Positions 9,618 through 18,321 are shown, counted from the stretch's first letter. The stretch: 64,000 bases of DNA from an uncultured Clostridium sp. (GCA_930986425.1 CAKNJR010000005.1:27638-91637); one strand, 5' to 3'. Program-made: numbers and translations. The notes: generated by a model from the sequence alone, not told the origin.

Positions 9618-12600
9618 TGTTATTGTTATTGTATTTGTTTCTTCATCAAATGACCAATTTGTATTTTGTGGACTTGCTGTTATATTTTCTAGCATATATT
9701 GTTCATTAGTTATTGTACTATATGCATCAATTATAATTGGCTCTGTTATTAGAGTATCATATCCTGTTGGAGCTATTGTTTCAGTAATTGTTAAACGATA
9801 ATGTTCGTCATTTGCATTTATAGGATTTGTAATGTTTATTTCGCCATTTTCGTTTGTAATATAACTGTGTGTGCTTTCTTCTCCATTAACACTGGTTGTA
9901 ATATCAAATGTTGCTCCTTTAAGTTTTTTACTTTCATCATTTTCATCTTGTTTTATTATCTTTAAATTATATAATCCTTCTACCTTTTCATTTGGTATCT
10001 TTACCTGTACTGTCATGTTTCCATCAATGTTTGTTAATCCTATATCATCATAGTTTGTTTCACCATCTAAGGTTGCTTCTACATTATTTACTAAATATTT
10101 TCCATTATCTTCTATTTTATCTATCTTTAATATAATTGTTCCTTCAAAAGATGAATATTCATCTGGTGGTTTTACTTCTCTTATTGTTATTGTATCTTGC
10201 GATGTTGTGTCTGTTATTGCTATATCATTTATTGAGATTTCTCCATTTTTGTCTGTTTCGACTTGTGTTTCTTCTTCATTATTTACTTTTACTGCAAATA
10301 TAGCTCCACCTAATTTTTCTCCTGTTGTTTTATCTTCTTTAATGATTCTAAAATCGTAATTTCCAGTTATTTTTGTGTTATTTATTGCTATATTTACTGT
10401 GTTTACTCCATCTTGGCTTGTCGTTAAATTTGCATTGTTACTTCCTGTTACATTACTTGCTACATATTTTCCATTTTGTTCTTCTTTTATTACTGTTAAT
10501 TCTATTGGAGTATTATCTAATACATATCCATCTGGTGCTTCTATTTCTGTAATTGTTATTGTATCTGGATTTGAAACATTTGTTATTTGTATACTATTAA
10601 TATTTATTTCTCCATTAGAATCTGTTGTGTATTCTTGTGCACTTCCTCTATTTATGCTTATATTAAATCTTGCTCCTAATAATTTATCTTGGTTTGAAGA
10701 ATCTTGTTTTATCAATTTTAATTTATATGACCCTGAAAGTGTAGAGTTATTAACTGTAATATTTACTGTGTTTACTCCATTGCTTCCTTGAGTTATATTG
10801 ACACTTCCACTTTCAACTAGACCATCATTAACATTTGAAGTAACATTGCTTGCCACATATTTATCCGATTGTTCTTCTTTACTTATGGTTAGTGTTATCG
10901 GTTCATTATTTAGAATATATCCTTCTAATGTTTCTATTTCTTCTATTACTATTGTGTCATCTGTTGTGTCTGTTATTATGATATCATTGATTTGAACTTC
11001 ACCATTTGAATTTGTTGTGTATTCTCTTGCACCCTTTTCGTTTATGTTAATATTGAATTTTACCCCTTGTAGCTTTTGGGTTGTTGTTGCATCTTGTTTT
11101 ATTAATTTTAAGTTATATGAGCCATCTTTATTAGTATTATTTACAATAATTTCTACTGTATTTACTCCATCTGGATTTGTTACTAAATTAGCATTATTAC
11201 TTCCTGTTACGTTGCTTGCTACATAACGGTTTTCTTGTTCTTCCTTGCTTACTGTTAATGTTATTGGGTTTGAATTTAGAATATATCCCTCTAATGTTTC
11301 TATTTCTTCTATTACTATTGTATCATTAGATGTATTTGTTATTTCTATATTACTAATTTCGATTTCTCCGTTAGCATTTGTTGTGTATTCTTGTGCGCCT
11401 TCTCCATTTACTTTAATTCTAAATTTTACACCTTCTAGTTTTTGACTATTTTGTGCATCTTGCTTTATTAATTTTAAATTGTATGAACCTGTTTTTCTCG
11501 TATTATTTAATGTAACTTGTACTGTATTTTCTCCTATTATTTCTGCTATATCTTGCGAGCCTACTGGTTTACTCATACTTACTGATTCTACTTTATATTG
11601 TCCATCTATTTCTGTCTTTTTTACGATTATTGTAATTGGTTCTTCATTTAGAATGTATCCATTTATTGTTTCTATTTCTTCTATTACTATTGTGTCGTCT
11701 GTTGTATCTTCAATTTTAATGCCACTAATTTGAATTTCTCCATTTGAATTTGTTGTGTATTCTTTTGCACCTTCTCCATTTACATTAATATTGAATTTTA
11801 CTCCTTGCAACTTTTGTGTAGTTGTTTCATCTTGCTTTATTAGTTTTAAGTTATATGAGCCTTCTATTTTTTCATTCGGTATTGTTACCTCTACTGTTAC
11901 TTTTCCTGCGTTGTTTACTATTTCTACTCCTTCATGTTCTGTTCCATCTTCTAATGTTGCTTTTACATTATTTACTGTGTATTTTCCGTTTTCTTCTATT
12001 TTATCTACTTTTAATGTAATTGTTCCTGAAAATGATGAGTATTCATCTGGTGGTTGGATTTCTCTTATTGTTATTGTATCTTGTGTGTTTGTGTCTGTTA
12101 TTGCTATATCTTCTATTGAGATTTCTCCACTACTATTTGTTTCTATTTGTCTTTCTTCTTCATTATTTACTTTTACTGCAAATATTGCTCCTCCTAGTGT
12201 TTCTCCTGTTGTTTTATCTTCCTTTATTATTTTGAAATTATAGCTTCCCGTTATTTTTGTATTGTCTACTGTTATTTGAACTGTATTTATTCCATCTACA
12301 CCAGTGGTTAAACTTGCATTACTGTTTCCTGTTACGTTGCTTGCCACATATCTGCCGTTTTGTAGTGATTTTGTTATTGTCAGTGTAATTGGAGTACTAT
12401 TTAATATATATCCATCAGGTGCTTCTATTTCTGTAATTGTTATTGTGTCATTACTTGATATATCTGTTATGCTTATTCCATTTATGGTAATTTCGCCACT
12501 TGAATTTGTCGTATATGTTGTTGTTTGTCCATTATTTACTCTAATGCTAAATCTTGCTCCATTTAATTTATTTTGATTTAAAGCATCCTGCTTTATTAAT

Positions 12601-13784
12601 TTAAAGTTATATGAGCCTGTTATATTAGGTAATGTTACTTCTGATGAGCTTGAATAACTTTTGTTCACTTCGTCAATTACTACTACTGGTTGGTTTATTG
12701 CAAGTTCATTAGCTCCTACTGTCCATAATAGAGGGGTATTTACTCTAGTACTTACTGATATTTCTAATCTGACTTTTTCTATATCTGTATTAACTGGTAC
12801 TGATAAATAAAAATTATTTCCTACTGTAGAGTTTATTTTTTCTCCTATTGTACTGCCTTGTGTAATTTCACTTTTATTTCTATCTAAAATTTTTACATTT
12901 GAAATATTACTAGTTCCATCAGTTACAGTTGCTGATAATGTATATGCTGTATCATTATTTCTTTCTATTGTATATGGTCCTATAATATAATTGTTTCCTT
13001 CAATTGTGGTTGTTACTGAATTAGAATTAAGTGTTACAGGATTTACTGTATTACTATTATATGTGTAACCACCTCTTACAGCAGTTATTGCTCCTTCTAC
13101 AAAATATGTGTAAATTGTATCTATCTCATTATCAACGATATCTAGCCCATATTTATCTATTAATGATTCGCTATCTACATATAATTCTAATGTATTAGTA
13201 TATGGATTGTGATACTCTCCACTCGGATTAGTAAAATACCAAATTGCAACCTGCTCTATTGATTCAACTATATCTCTTACTTCGTTTGCTGGTATTGTTC
13301 CATTTCTAAAATCACTACTTCTCCATATTCCAGTTCTTTCTAGGAAGTCATCCATTGATTCATTTTCCGGATTATATAGATGGTCAAGTACCCAAACCAA
13401 TTGATTATATGTTGTCATATTTGTAGGTAATTGATTTCTGTATGAATCTTGAGTTCCTTCTGCAAAGCTCGAACTTTTTATATCAAAATATTGTGTATAG
13501 CTTATTACATCATTTGAATACGATTCTGAACCAAATCCCGCTCCTGCTTTTACACAAAAGATAACTGTTCCATCATCATTTTCTGTTGTTCCTGAAGAAT
13601 TAAATTTTACAATTTTAAACACAGATTTATTTAGGAAAGAATATTCTCCAGTTGCTCTTGCTGTCGATTTTCCTTTCAATCCCAAATATAATGGACCTCC
13701 ACTTGCTGCTTTAGAAATAGTAACCCCTACTAATAGTGCAAAGATTAGTGTAATTATTATCCTTAGTAATTTTTTCATTTTCAT
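7050..13784 (-). CDS. Giant surface adhesin B: thioester (TQxA-type) domain, 8 CnaB-type repeats, 4 DUF11-like repeats, C-terminal TM anchor
   Basis: 2244-aa ORF with an AGAGGGG RBS and signal peptide MKMKKLLRIIITLIFALLVGVTISKA. Thioester signature VIFCVKAGAGFGS / IEQVAIWYFTNPSG. Eight GSYNxK(L/I)IK(Q/E)D units and four FDL(A/S)LRK units. The last roughly 700 aa are identical to adhesin A. Confidence 0.9.
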   Translation of the reverse strand: MKMKKLLRIIITLIFALLVGVTISKAASGGPLYLGLKGKSTARATGEYSFLNKSVFKIVKFNSSGTTENDDGTVIFCVKAGAGFGSESYSNDVISYTQYFDIKSSSFAEGTQDSYRNQLPTNMTTYNQLVWVLDHLYNPENESMDDFLERTGIWRSSDFRNGTIPANEVRDIVESIEQVAIWYFTNPSGEYHNPYTNTLELYVDSESLIDKYGLDIVDNEIDTIYTYFVEGAITAVRGGYTYNSNTVNPVTLNSNSVTTTIEGNNYIIGPYTIERNNDTAYTLSATVTDGTSNISNVKILDRNKSEITQGSTIGEKINSTVGNNFYLSVPVNTDIEKVRLEISVSTRVNTPLLWTVGANELAINQPVVVIDEVNKSYSSSSEVTLPNITGSYNFKLIKQDALNQNKLNGARFSIRVNNGQTTTYTTNSSGEITINGISITDISSNDTITITEIEAPDGYILNSTPITLTITKSLQNGRYVASNVTGNSNASLTTGVDGINTVQITVDNTKITGSYNFKIIKEDKTTGETLGGAIFAVKVNNEEERQIETNSSGEISIEDIAITDTNTQDTITIREIQPPDEYSSFSGTITLKVDKIEENGKYTVNNVKATLEDGTEHEGVEIVNNAGKVTVEVTIPNEKIEGSYNLKLIKQDETTTQKLQGVKFNINVNGEGAKEYTTNSNGEIQISGIKIEDTTDDTIVIEEIETINGYILNEEPITIIVKKTEIDGQYKVESVSMSKPVGSQDIAEIIGENTVQVTLNNTRKTGSYNLKLIKQDAQNSQKLEGVKFRIKVNGEGAQEYTTNANGEIEISNIEITNTSNDTIVIEEIETLEGYILNSNPITLTVSKEEQENRYVASNVTGSNNANLVTNPDGVNTVEIIVNNTNKDGSYNLKLIKQDATTTQKLQGVKFNININEKGAREYTTNSNGEVQINDIIITDTTDDTIVIEEIETLEGYILNNEPITLTISKEEQSDKYVASNVTSNVNDGLVESGSVNITQGSNGVNTVNITVNNSTLSGSYKLKLIKQDSSNQDKLLGARFNISINRGSAQEYTTDSNGEININSIQITNVSNPDTITITEIEAPDGYVLDNTPIELTVIKEEQNGKYVASNVTGSNNANLTTSQDGVNTVNIAINNTKITGNYDFRIIKEDKTTGEKLGGAIFAVKVNNEEETQVETDKNGEISINDIAITDTTSQDTITIREVKPPDEYSSFEGTIILKIDKIEDNGKYLVNNVEATLDGETNYDDIGLTNIDGNMTVQVKIPNEKVEGLYNLKIIKQDENDESKKLKGATFDITTSVNGEESTHSYITNENGEINITNPINANDEHYRLTITETIAPTGYDTLITEPIIIDAYSTITNEQYMLENITASPQNTNWSFDEETNTITITITNRKQPFDLALRKYITHINGNAVETSREPQISEDEAQSVANGEGTFDDGTTAEKTHTKTPLIVKTGNIVRYTIRIYNEGKIDGYAKEITDYLPEGLELVPASESSINAQYGWTANGREVTTTYLADTLIRGTGSNVEENDGATNGQTPVSNLDYVDVQIECRVVRRASDERISLKNVAEITEAEDILGGTEDVDSTPDNLTEEEKNNYNPETSEKGKGYEDDDDYEELIMEPTYFDLSLRKFITGVNDREVTNRIPEVDTSPLLNGETTANYNHTKEPVEVKKGDEVIYTIRVYNEGQVDGYVEKIVDHLPPELEFLPNDELNQEYGWTQTDERTIETDYLRNTLLTAFNGGSTLDYADIQVKCRVRDSAEYLKEITNIAEITEYRNELDIPDRDNENEVVLPSDEDLPNYRDEEIERGDEYIPGQEDDDDFEKVILKQFDLALRKFITGVNDEEITNRIPQVDTSLYGTEDENGNIITSFTYNHTKEPVRVCQNDIVIYTIRIYNEGNMSGYAEEIKDDVPEGLIFLPENEVNQEYRWVMYDANGNVTENAEEAVYIRTDYLSKENEETLGENLIQAYDKDTMETPDYKDVRVAFRVTEPNTSDRIIINRAEISEDADENGEEVEDIDSTPDEWIDGEDDQDIEKIYVQYFDLALRKWVSQVILIEDGVEKVKDTGHYAEQDPEPVVRVDLNQDRIDNTIIKFRYQIRITNEGEIPGYATEISDYIPEGLEFNQADNPGWREVDGKVVTDALKDTLLEPGESAVVEIVLTWINDEENMGVMINTAEISEDYNESETPDIDSTPNNKVEGEDDIDDAPVALTMVTGSAPLYIGITAGTLAIIAGGVFLIKRYVI
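9612..12630 (-). repeat. In-frame tandem CnaB/SpaA-type domain repeats (8 units) inside adhesin B
   Basis: Eight units with the GSYNFK/GSYNLK/GSYKLK/GNYDFR start motif. Some units are near-identical to units of adhesin A (antisense ORFs 4890..5306 and 10375..10791 are near-identical). Confidence 0.75.
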
Positions 13785-13864
13785 TTTTTACCCCTCTGTT
13801 TTCTTTTTAATTAATTTACATCGTTATTGTTTTATATTATTTTTCGACATTTTATCTATAATAT

Positions 13865-13893
13865 ACTATATATCAAGAATTTATTTTTTTCAA
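13865..13893 (-). promoter_or_regulatory. Putative sigma-A promoter of adhesin B (TTGAAA-17-TATAGT)
   Basis: The minus strand reads TTGAAA (13893..13888), a 17-nt spacer, then TATAGT (13870..13865). It is homologous to the adhesin A promoter block. Confidence 0.4.
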
Positions 13894-13956
13894 TATTTGT
13901 TAAAATTTTTATTATTTAAAATGCTACTTATTATATTCTATTTTCATTGGTAAAAA

Positions 13957-13984
13957 AATAATCGCTCTTTTTTGAGTGATTATT
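13957..13984 (-). terminator. Rho-independent terminator after adhesin C
   Basis: On the minus strand, AATAATCACTC - loop - GAGCGATTATT is followed by TTTTTTT. One G-U pair. It lies 60 nt downstream of the adhesin C stop. Confidence 0.55.
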
Positions 13985-14042
13985 TTTTATAGCTTCATCA
14001 ATATGTTTTTCATATTGTATTGAAATTTATAGTTAATTCAGA

Positions 14043-14654
14043 TTATATTACATATCTTTTTATTAAGAATACTCCTCCAGCGATAATTGCTAATGTTCCG
14101 GCTGTTATTCCTATATATAATGGTGCGCTACCTGTTACCATTGTTAATGCTACTGGTGCATCATCTATATCATCTTCTCCTTCTACTTTATTATTTGGAG
14201 TTGAGTCTATATCTGGTGTTTCACTTTCATTATAGTCTTCGCTTATTTCTGCTGTATTTATCATTACTCCCATGTTCTCTTCATCATTTATCCATGTTAG
14301 TACTATTTCTACTACTGCACTTTCTCCTGGCTCTAGTAATGTATCCTTTAATGCATCTGTTACTACTTTTCCATCTACTTCTCTCCAGCCTGGGTTATCT
14401 GCTTGATTGAATTCTAGTCCTTCTGGAATGTAGTCTGAAATTTCTGTTGCATATCCTGGTATTTCTCCTTCATTTGTTATTCTTATTTGATATCTGAATT
14501 TTATTATTGTGTTATCTATTCTGTCTTGGTTTAAGTCTACTCTTACTACTGGTTCTGGGTCTTGTTCTGCATAATGGCCTGTATCTTTTACTTTTTCTAC
14601 TCCGTCTTCTATTAGTATAACTTGACTTACCCATTTTCTTAATGCTAAGTCAAA
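14043..14654. repeat. Segmental duplication, copy 3 (3' end of adhesin C), shared by all three adhesin genes
   Basis: About 14067-14654 equals 7074-7661 (offset 6993) and 1601-2188. Antisense ORF 14087..14410 is identical to 7094..7417 and 1621..1944. The first mismatch I read is at 14655/7662. The last 8 codons are synonymous-variant. Confidence 0.8.
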
Positions 14655-17600
14655 ATATTGTACGTAGATTTGCTCTATATCTTGGTCATCTTCTCCGTCT
14701 ATCCATTCATCTGGAGTTGAATCTATATCTGTAACATCTTCTCCCTCTGAGTCGCTATCATCACTAATTTCAGCTCTGTTTATTATTATTCTGTCTGATG
14801 TATTTGGCTCTGTTACTCTGAATGCTACTCTTACATCTCTGTAATCTGGCCCTTCCATTGTTTCTGCATCATATGCTTGTAATAAGTTTTCTCCTTCTGT
14901 CTCTTCTTGTGCTTTTGATAAATAGTCTGTTCTTATATATGCTGCCTCATTCGCATTTTCTGTTACATTTCCATTCGCATCATACATTACCCATCTGTAT
15001 TCTTGGTTTACTTCGTTTTCCGGTAAGAATATTAATCCTTTTGGTACATCATCTTTTATTTCTTCTGCATATCCTGACATTGTTCCTTCATTGTAGATTC
15101 TTATTGTATAGATTACTATATCATTTTGGCATACTCTTACAGGGTCTTTTGTATGATTATATGTGAAGTTAGTAATTAAATTGCCCTCTTCATCTGTTGT
15201 TCCATATAATGATGTATCTACTTCTGGAACTCTGTTTGTTATTTCTTCGTCATTTACTCCAGTAATAAATTTTCTTAATGCTAAATCAAATTTTTGCAAT
15301 ATTACTTTTTCAAAGTCGTCATCATCTTCTTGTCCTGGTATATATGCTATTCCAGAATTTATTTCTTCATTTTTATAATTTGGTAATTCTTCATCTGATG
15401 GTAAAACTACATCTCTCGCATTATCTCTATCTATTAAATTAGATTCATTACTATATTTTGTAATTTCTGCGATATTAGTAATGTTAGTTAATGTTGGTGC
15501 TGTATTTACAACTCTACATCTAATTTTTACTTCTTTATAGCTTAATGAGTTTGTATTTGAGTCAAATGCTGGTATAACATTTTCTACATCATTTTCTCTT
15601 GATAATATACTTGTTCTAAGAGTTCTTTGAGTTTCGTCTGATGTATCTATTATCCATCCATACTCGGCATTCAAATCATCATTTACTATAAATTCTAAGT
15701 ATGGTGGTAAGTGCTCTACTATTTCGTCAACATATCCATCTACTTGGCCTTCATTATATACTCTTATTGTATAAGTTACTATGTCGCCTGCTTCAACACT
15801 TACAGGATTCTTTGTATGATTATATGTTGCTGTTGTTTCTCCTGAAAGTAATGGATTAACATCTACCTCAGGCTCTCTGTTTGTTATTTCTCTATCATTT
15901 ATTGCTGTTATAAATTTTCTAAGTGAAAGGTCAAAATATTTTCCAAGCATAACTAGTTCTTCATAATCATCATCATCTTGATATCCTTTTCCTTCTTCTG
16001 ATGTTCCTGGAAGATAGTTATTTATTTCGTTATTAGTTAAGTTACCTGTTTCTGAATCCCTGTCTACTCTTCCACCTGTAATGTCATGTGCTCCAAGTAT
16101 TTCAGCAACATTCTTCAAAGAAACATCTTGCTCTGCAACATCTTTTGTTACTCTACATTCTATTTGTACATCTACATAATCAATAGTATATACTCCATTG
16201 TCTGGGTCTTTATCAAAAGCAGATATTAGAGTATCTTTTAAATAATCTGTTACTACTGCTTGTCGTGAAGTAGTGCTTCCATCAGTTGATACTGGTTCAG
16301 ATGCATATTCTGTCCAACCATATTTTGTATTAATTGTACTTTCACTTGCATCTACTAATTCTAATCCTGCTGGCAAGTAATCAATTATTGTATCAGCATA
16401 TCCATCTATATCCCCCTCGTTGTATATCCTGATTGTATATATTATTCTGTCATCTTTATCTACAACTAAAGGTGTTTTTGTATGAGTTTTTGTAACTGTT
16501 GTTCCATTGTCAAAATCAGCTGTTCCTGTTGCTAATGCTCTTAAATCCTCTTGTGTAATTTTAGGTTCACGGCTTACTTTTACTGGTGAGCCATTTATTG
16601 AAGTTATAAATTTTCTAAGTGCTAAGTCAAATTCTGGATTTGTTATTTGTATTGTTGTTGCGTCTCTATAATTTTGTTTATCTCTTGAAATTATTACGAC
16701 TGGTTGATTATTGGCTAAGCTTGCTTGTCCTACTGTCCAAAGTGTTTGTGTTGTATTATAATATTCTGCATTAACAGCTAATGTTGCATCTGTAATATTT
16801 GATGATATTGGAATTGAAATGTAAAAATTATTTCCAATTGTTGTTTGTATTTTTTCTGTTAAATTACTTCCAGTTGTTATTTCTTGTCTATTTTCATCTA
16901 ATACTTTTGCATTAGATATTGTTCCAGTAGAGCTGTATAACTCTGCTGATAAATTGTATTCTCCATTTGATTGTTCTTCTATTCTATAAGGTCCTAATAT
17001 ATAGTTTGAATTGTCCATTGTTAATGTTGCTTGATTTTTTATAAATGTTATTGGTGATGTTCCAATAATTGAATCTTCATAAGTATATCCACCATTAACT
17101 GCGTCAATTGCTCCTTGTACTAAATAATGATATATTGCATCAATCTCATTTTCTACTATATCTAGTCCGTATTTATCTATTAAAGATTCTCCATCAACAG
17201 CGATTTCTACTGTTTCTGTTGAATCATTATGATATTCTCCATCTGGATTTGTAAAATACCAAATCGCTACTTGTTGTATACATTCTAATATATCTTCTAT
17301 TTCTTGACCATATGTTGCACTATCTCTTAAGAAGCTATCTTCTGAAACTCCTGCATTATCTAGTAAATTTTGTTTTGATTCATTTGCAAGTGCTATTTCA
17401 TCTGATGTAGCTCCTGTTTTTGCTGGAATATATAAGTGGTCTAGTACCCATATCAACTCATTATATGTTGTCATATCTGTTGGAAGAGATTCTCTATATG
17501 GTGATTCAATTGCATCTGGATTTTTCATATTAAAATATTGTGTATAATTTACTATTGTATTTTGATATGATTCTGAACCAAATCCTGGTCCTGCTTTTAC

Positions 17601-17834
17601 ACAGTATATTGAAGCATTATCTCCTACCTCTGTTGTTCCTGTGCTATTATTATATTTTACAATTTTGAATATATCTTTTGAATTAAAAGTATATCTTCCT
17701 GTTTCTCTTTCTGTTGTTCTTCCTTTTAAGCCCAAATATATACCATTAACATCACTTACAGCATAATTATTTGTTGTAAACAATAAAATGGTTATTAAAA
17801 TTATTCCTATAATTACTCCTAATTTTTTTGTCAT
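14043..17834 (-). CDS. Surface adhesin C: thioester (TQxA-type) domain directly followed by 4 DUF11-like repeats, same C-terminal anchor
   Basis: The track ORF is 14043..17852. ATG 17834 (MTKKLGVIIG, AGAGAGG 7 nt upstream) is preferred because the predicted -10 box is at 17872-17877. Thioester signature SIYCVKAGPGFGS / IQQVAIWYFTNPDG. No CnaB repeats. The last roughly 200 aa are identical to A and B. Confidence 0.85.
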   Translation of the reverse strand: MTKKLGVIIGIILITILLFTTNNYAVSDVNGIYLGLKGRTTERETGRYTFNSKDIFKIVKYNNSTGTTEVGDNASIYCVKAGPGFGSESYQNTIVNYTQYFNMKNPDAIESPYRESLPTDMTTYNELIWVLDHLYIPAKTGATSDEIALANESKQNLLDNAGVSEDSFLRDSATYGQEIEDILECIQQVAIWYFTNPDGEYHNDSTETVEIAVDGESLIDKYGLDIVENEIDAIYHYLVQGAIDAVNGGYTYEDSIIGTSPITFIKNQATLTMDNSNYILGPYRIEEQSNGEYNLSAELYSSTGTISNAKVLDENRQEITTGSNLTEKIQTTIGNNFYISIPISSNITDATLAVNAEYYNTTQTLWTVGQASLANNQPVVIISRDKQNYRDATTIQITNPEFDLALRKFITSINGSPVKVSREPKITQEDLRALATGTADFDNGTTVTKTHTKTPLVVDKDDRIIYTIRIYNEGDIDGYADTIIDYLPAGLELVDASESTINTKYGWTEYASEPVSTDGSTTSRQAVVTDYLKDTLISAFDKDPDNGVYTIDYVDVQIECRVTKDVAEQDVSLKNVAEILGAHDITGGRVDRDSETGNLTNNEINNYLPGTSEEGKGYQDDDDYEELVMLGKYFDLSLRKFITAINDREITNREPEVDVNPLLSGETTATYNHTKNPVSVEAGDIVTYTIRVYNEGQVDGYVDEIVEHLPPYLEFIVNDDLNAEYGWIIDTSDETQRTLRTSILSRENDVENVIPAFDSNTNSLSYKEVKIRCRVVNTAPTLTNITNIAEITKYSNESNLIDRDNARDVVLPSDEELPNYKNEEINSGIAYIPGQEDDDDFEKVILQKFDLALRKFITGVNDEEITNRVPEVDTSLYGTTDEEGNLITNFTYNHTKDPVRVCQNDIVIYTIRIYNEGTMSGYAEEIKDDVPKGLIFLPENEVNQEYRWVMYDANGNVTENANEAAYIRTDYLSKAQEETEGENLLQAYDAETMEGPDYRDVRVAFRVTEPNTSDRIIINRAEISDDSDSEGEDVTDIDSTPDEWIDGEDDQDIEQIYVQYFDLALRKWVSQVILIEDGVEKVKDTGHYAEQDPEPVVRVDLNQDRIDNTIIKFRYQIRITNEGEIPGYATEISDYIPEGLEFNQADNPGWREVDGKVVTDALKDTLLEPGESAVVEIVLTWINDEENMGVMINTAEISEDYNESETPDIDSTPNNKVEGEDDIDDAPVALTMVTGSAPLYIGITAGTLAIIAGGVFLIKRYVI

Positions 17835-17871
17835 AATTTGACCTCTCTTCATATATTATTATACAATTTAT

Positions 17872-17900
17872 ATTATATTATAAATTGTTTGTAAAATCAA
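17872..17900 (-). promoter_or_regulatory. Putative promoter of adhesin C (TTGATT-17-TATAAT) embedded in a 26-bp palindrome
   Basis: Minus strand: TTGATT (17900..17895), a 17-nt spacer, TATAAT (17877..17872). The palindrome ACAATTTATA-N6-TATAAATTGT spans 17863-17888 and covers the -10 box. Confidence 0.45.
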
Positions 17901-17996
17901 TATTTTGCAGTTTTATTTTTGTTTCTAAATTATTACATTTTTATTTTGTTCAAAACAAAAAATTATATACAATTGTGATTAATATTAAAAAATGTA

Positions 17997-18025
17997 TTGA
18001 CTTTTTTCACATTTTTTGTTATTAT
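17997..18025 (+). promoter_or_regulatory. Putative promoter of the tRNA-Gly/tRNA-Cys unit (TTGACT-17-TATTAT)
   Basis: TTGACT at 17997-18002, a 17-nt spacer, TATTAT at 18020-18025, 15 nt before the tRNA 5' end. Confidence 0.45.
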
Positions 18026-18040
18026 AAATAACGTACTCAC

Positions 18041-18116
18041 GCGGGAATAGCTCAGTTGATAGAGCGTCGCCTTGCCAAGGCGAAGGTCACGGGTTTGAGC
18101 CCCGCTTCCCGCTCCA
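18041..18116 (+). tRNA. tRNA-Gly (anticodon GCC), CCA encoded
   Basis: Hand-folded cloverleaf. Acceptor GCGGGAA/TTCCCGC, D arm GCTC-AGTTGATA-GAGC, anticodon arm TCGCC-TTGCCAA-GGCGA, T arm ACGGG-TTTGAGC-CCCGC, discriminator U73, CCA. Positions 19 and 56 are unusual (see findings). Confidence 0.9.
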
Positions 18117-18208
18117 TATTATATTGTAGATATTTGTTTATATTATTGAACAAATATTTTTTATAGTTTTTTGTTCTATATAAACTTTAGTTGCATATAT
18201 TTTATTAT

Positions 18209-18282
18209 GGCGATATAGCCAAGTGGTAAGGCACGAGTCTGCAAAACTCTGATCCCCGGTTCGAATCCGGGTGTCGCCTCCA
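18209..18282 (+). tRNA. tRNA-Cys (anticodon GCA), CCA encoded
   Basis: Acceptor GGCGATA/TGTCGCC, D loop AAGTGGTAA with GG, anticodon loop CTGCAAA, T arm CCCGG-TTCGAAT-CCGGG, U73, CCA. Confidence 0.9.
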
Positions 18283-18321
18283 ACGACGAATCTGTTCGAA
18301 CTAATAGAACAGTATTGATAC

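Noticed and set aside
4100-12630. Regular periodicity of about 270-290 bp that could be mistaken for a satellite or CRISPR-like array.
   Set aside because: The period equals one CnaB-type protein domain and lies in frame inside long ORFs. There are no short identical repeats separated by unique spacers. I found no CRISPR array anywhere in the window.
972-17400. Dozens of plus-strand ORFs (60-160 aa) listed in the track across the adhesin genes, e.g. 1621..1944, 2356..2700, 4407..4874, 11755..12243 and 14822..15166.
   Set aside because: They are L/F/H/Y-rich antisense frames of very long, motif-rich minus-strand genes. They lack RBS-like sequences. Their duplication simply mirrors the duplicated adhesin DNA. 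I treat them as artefacts of AT-rich antisense strands.
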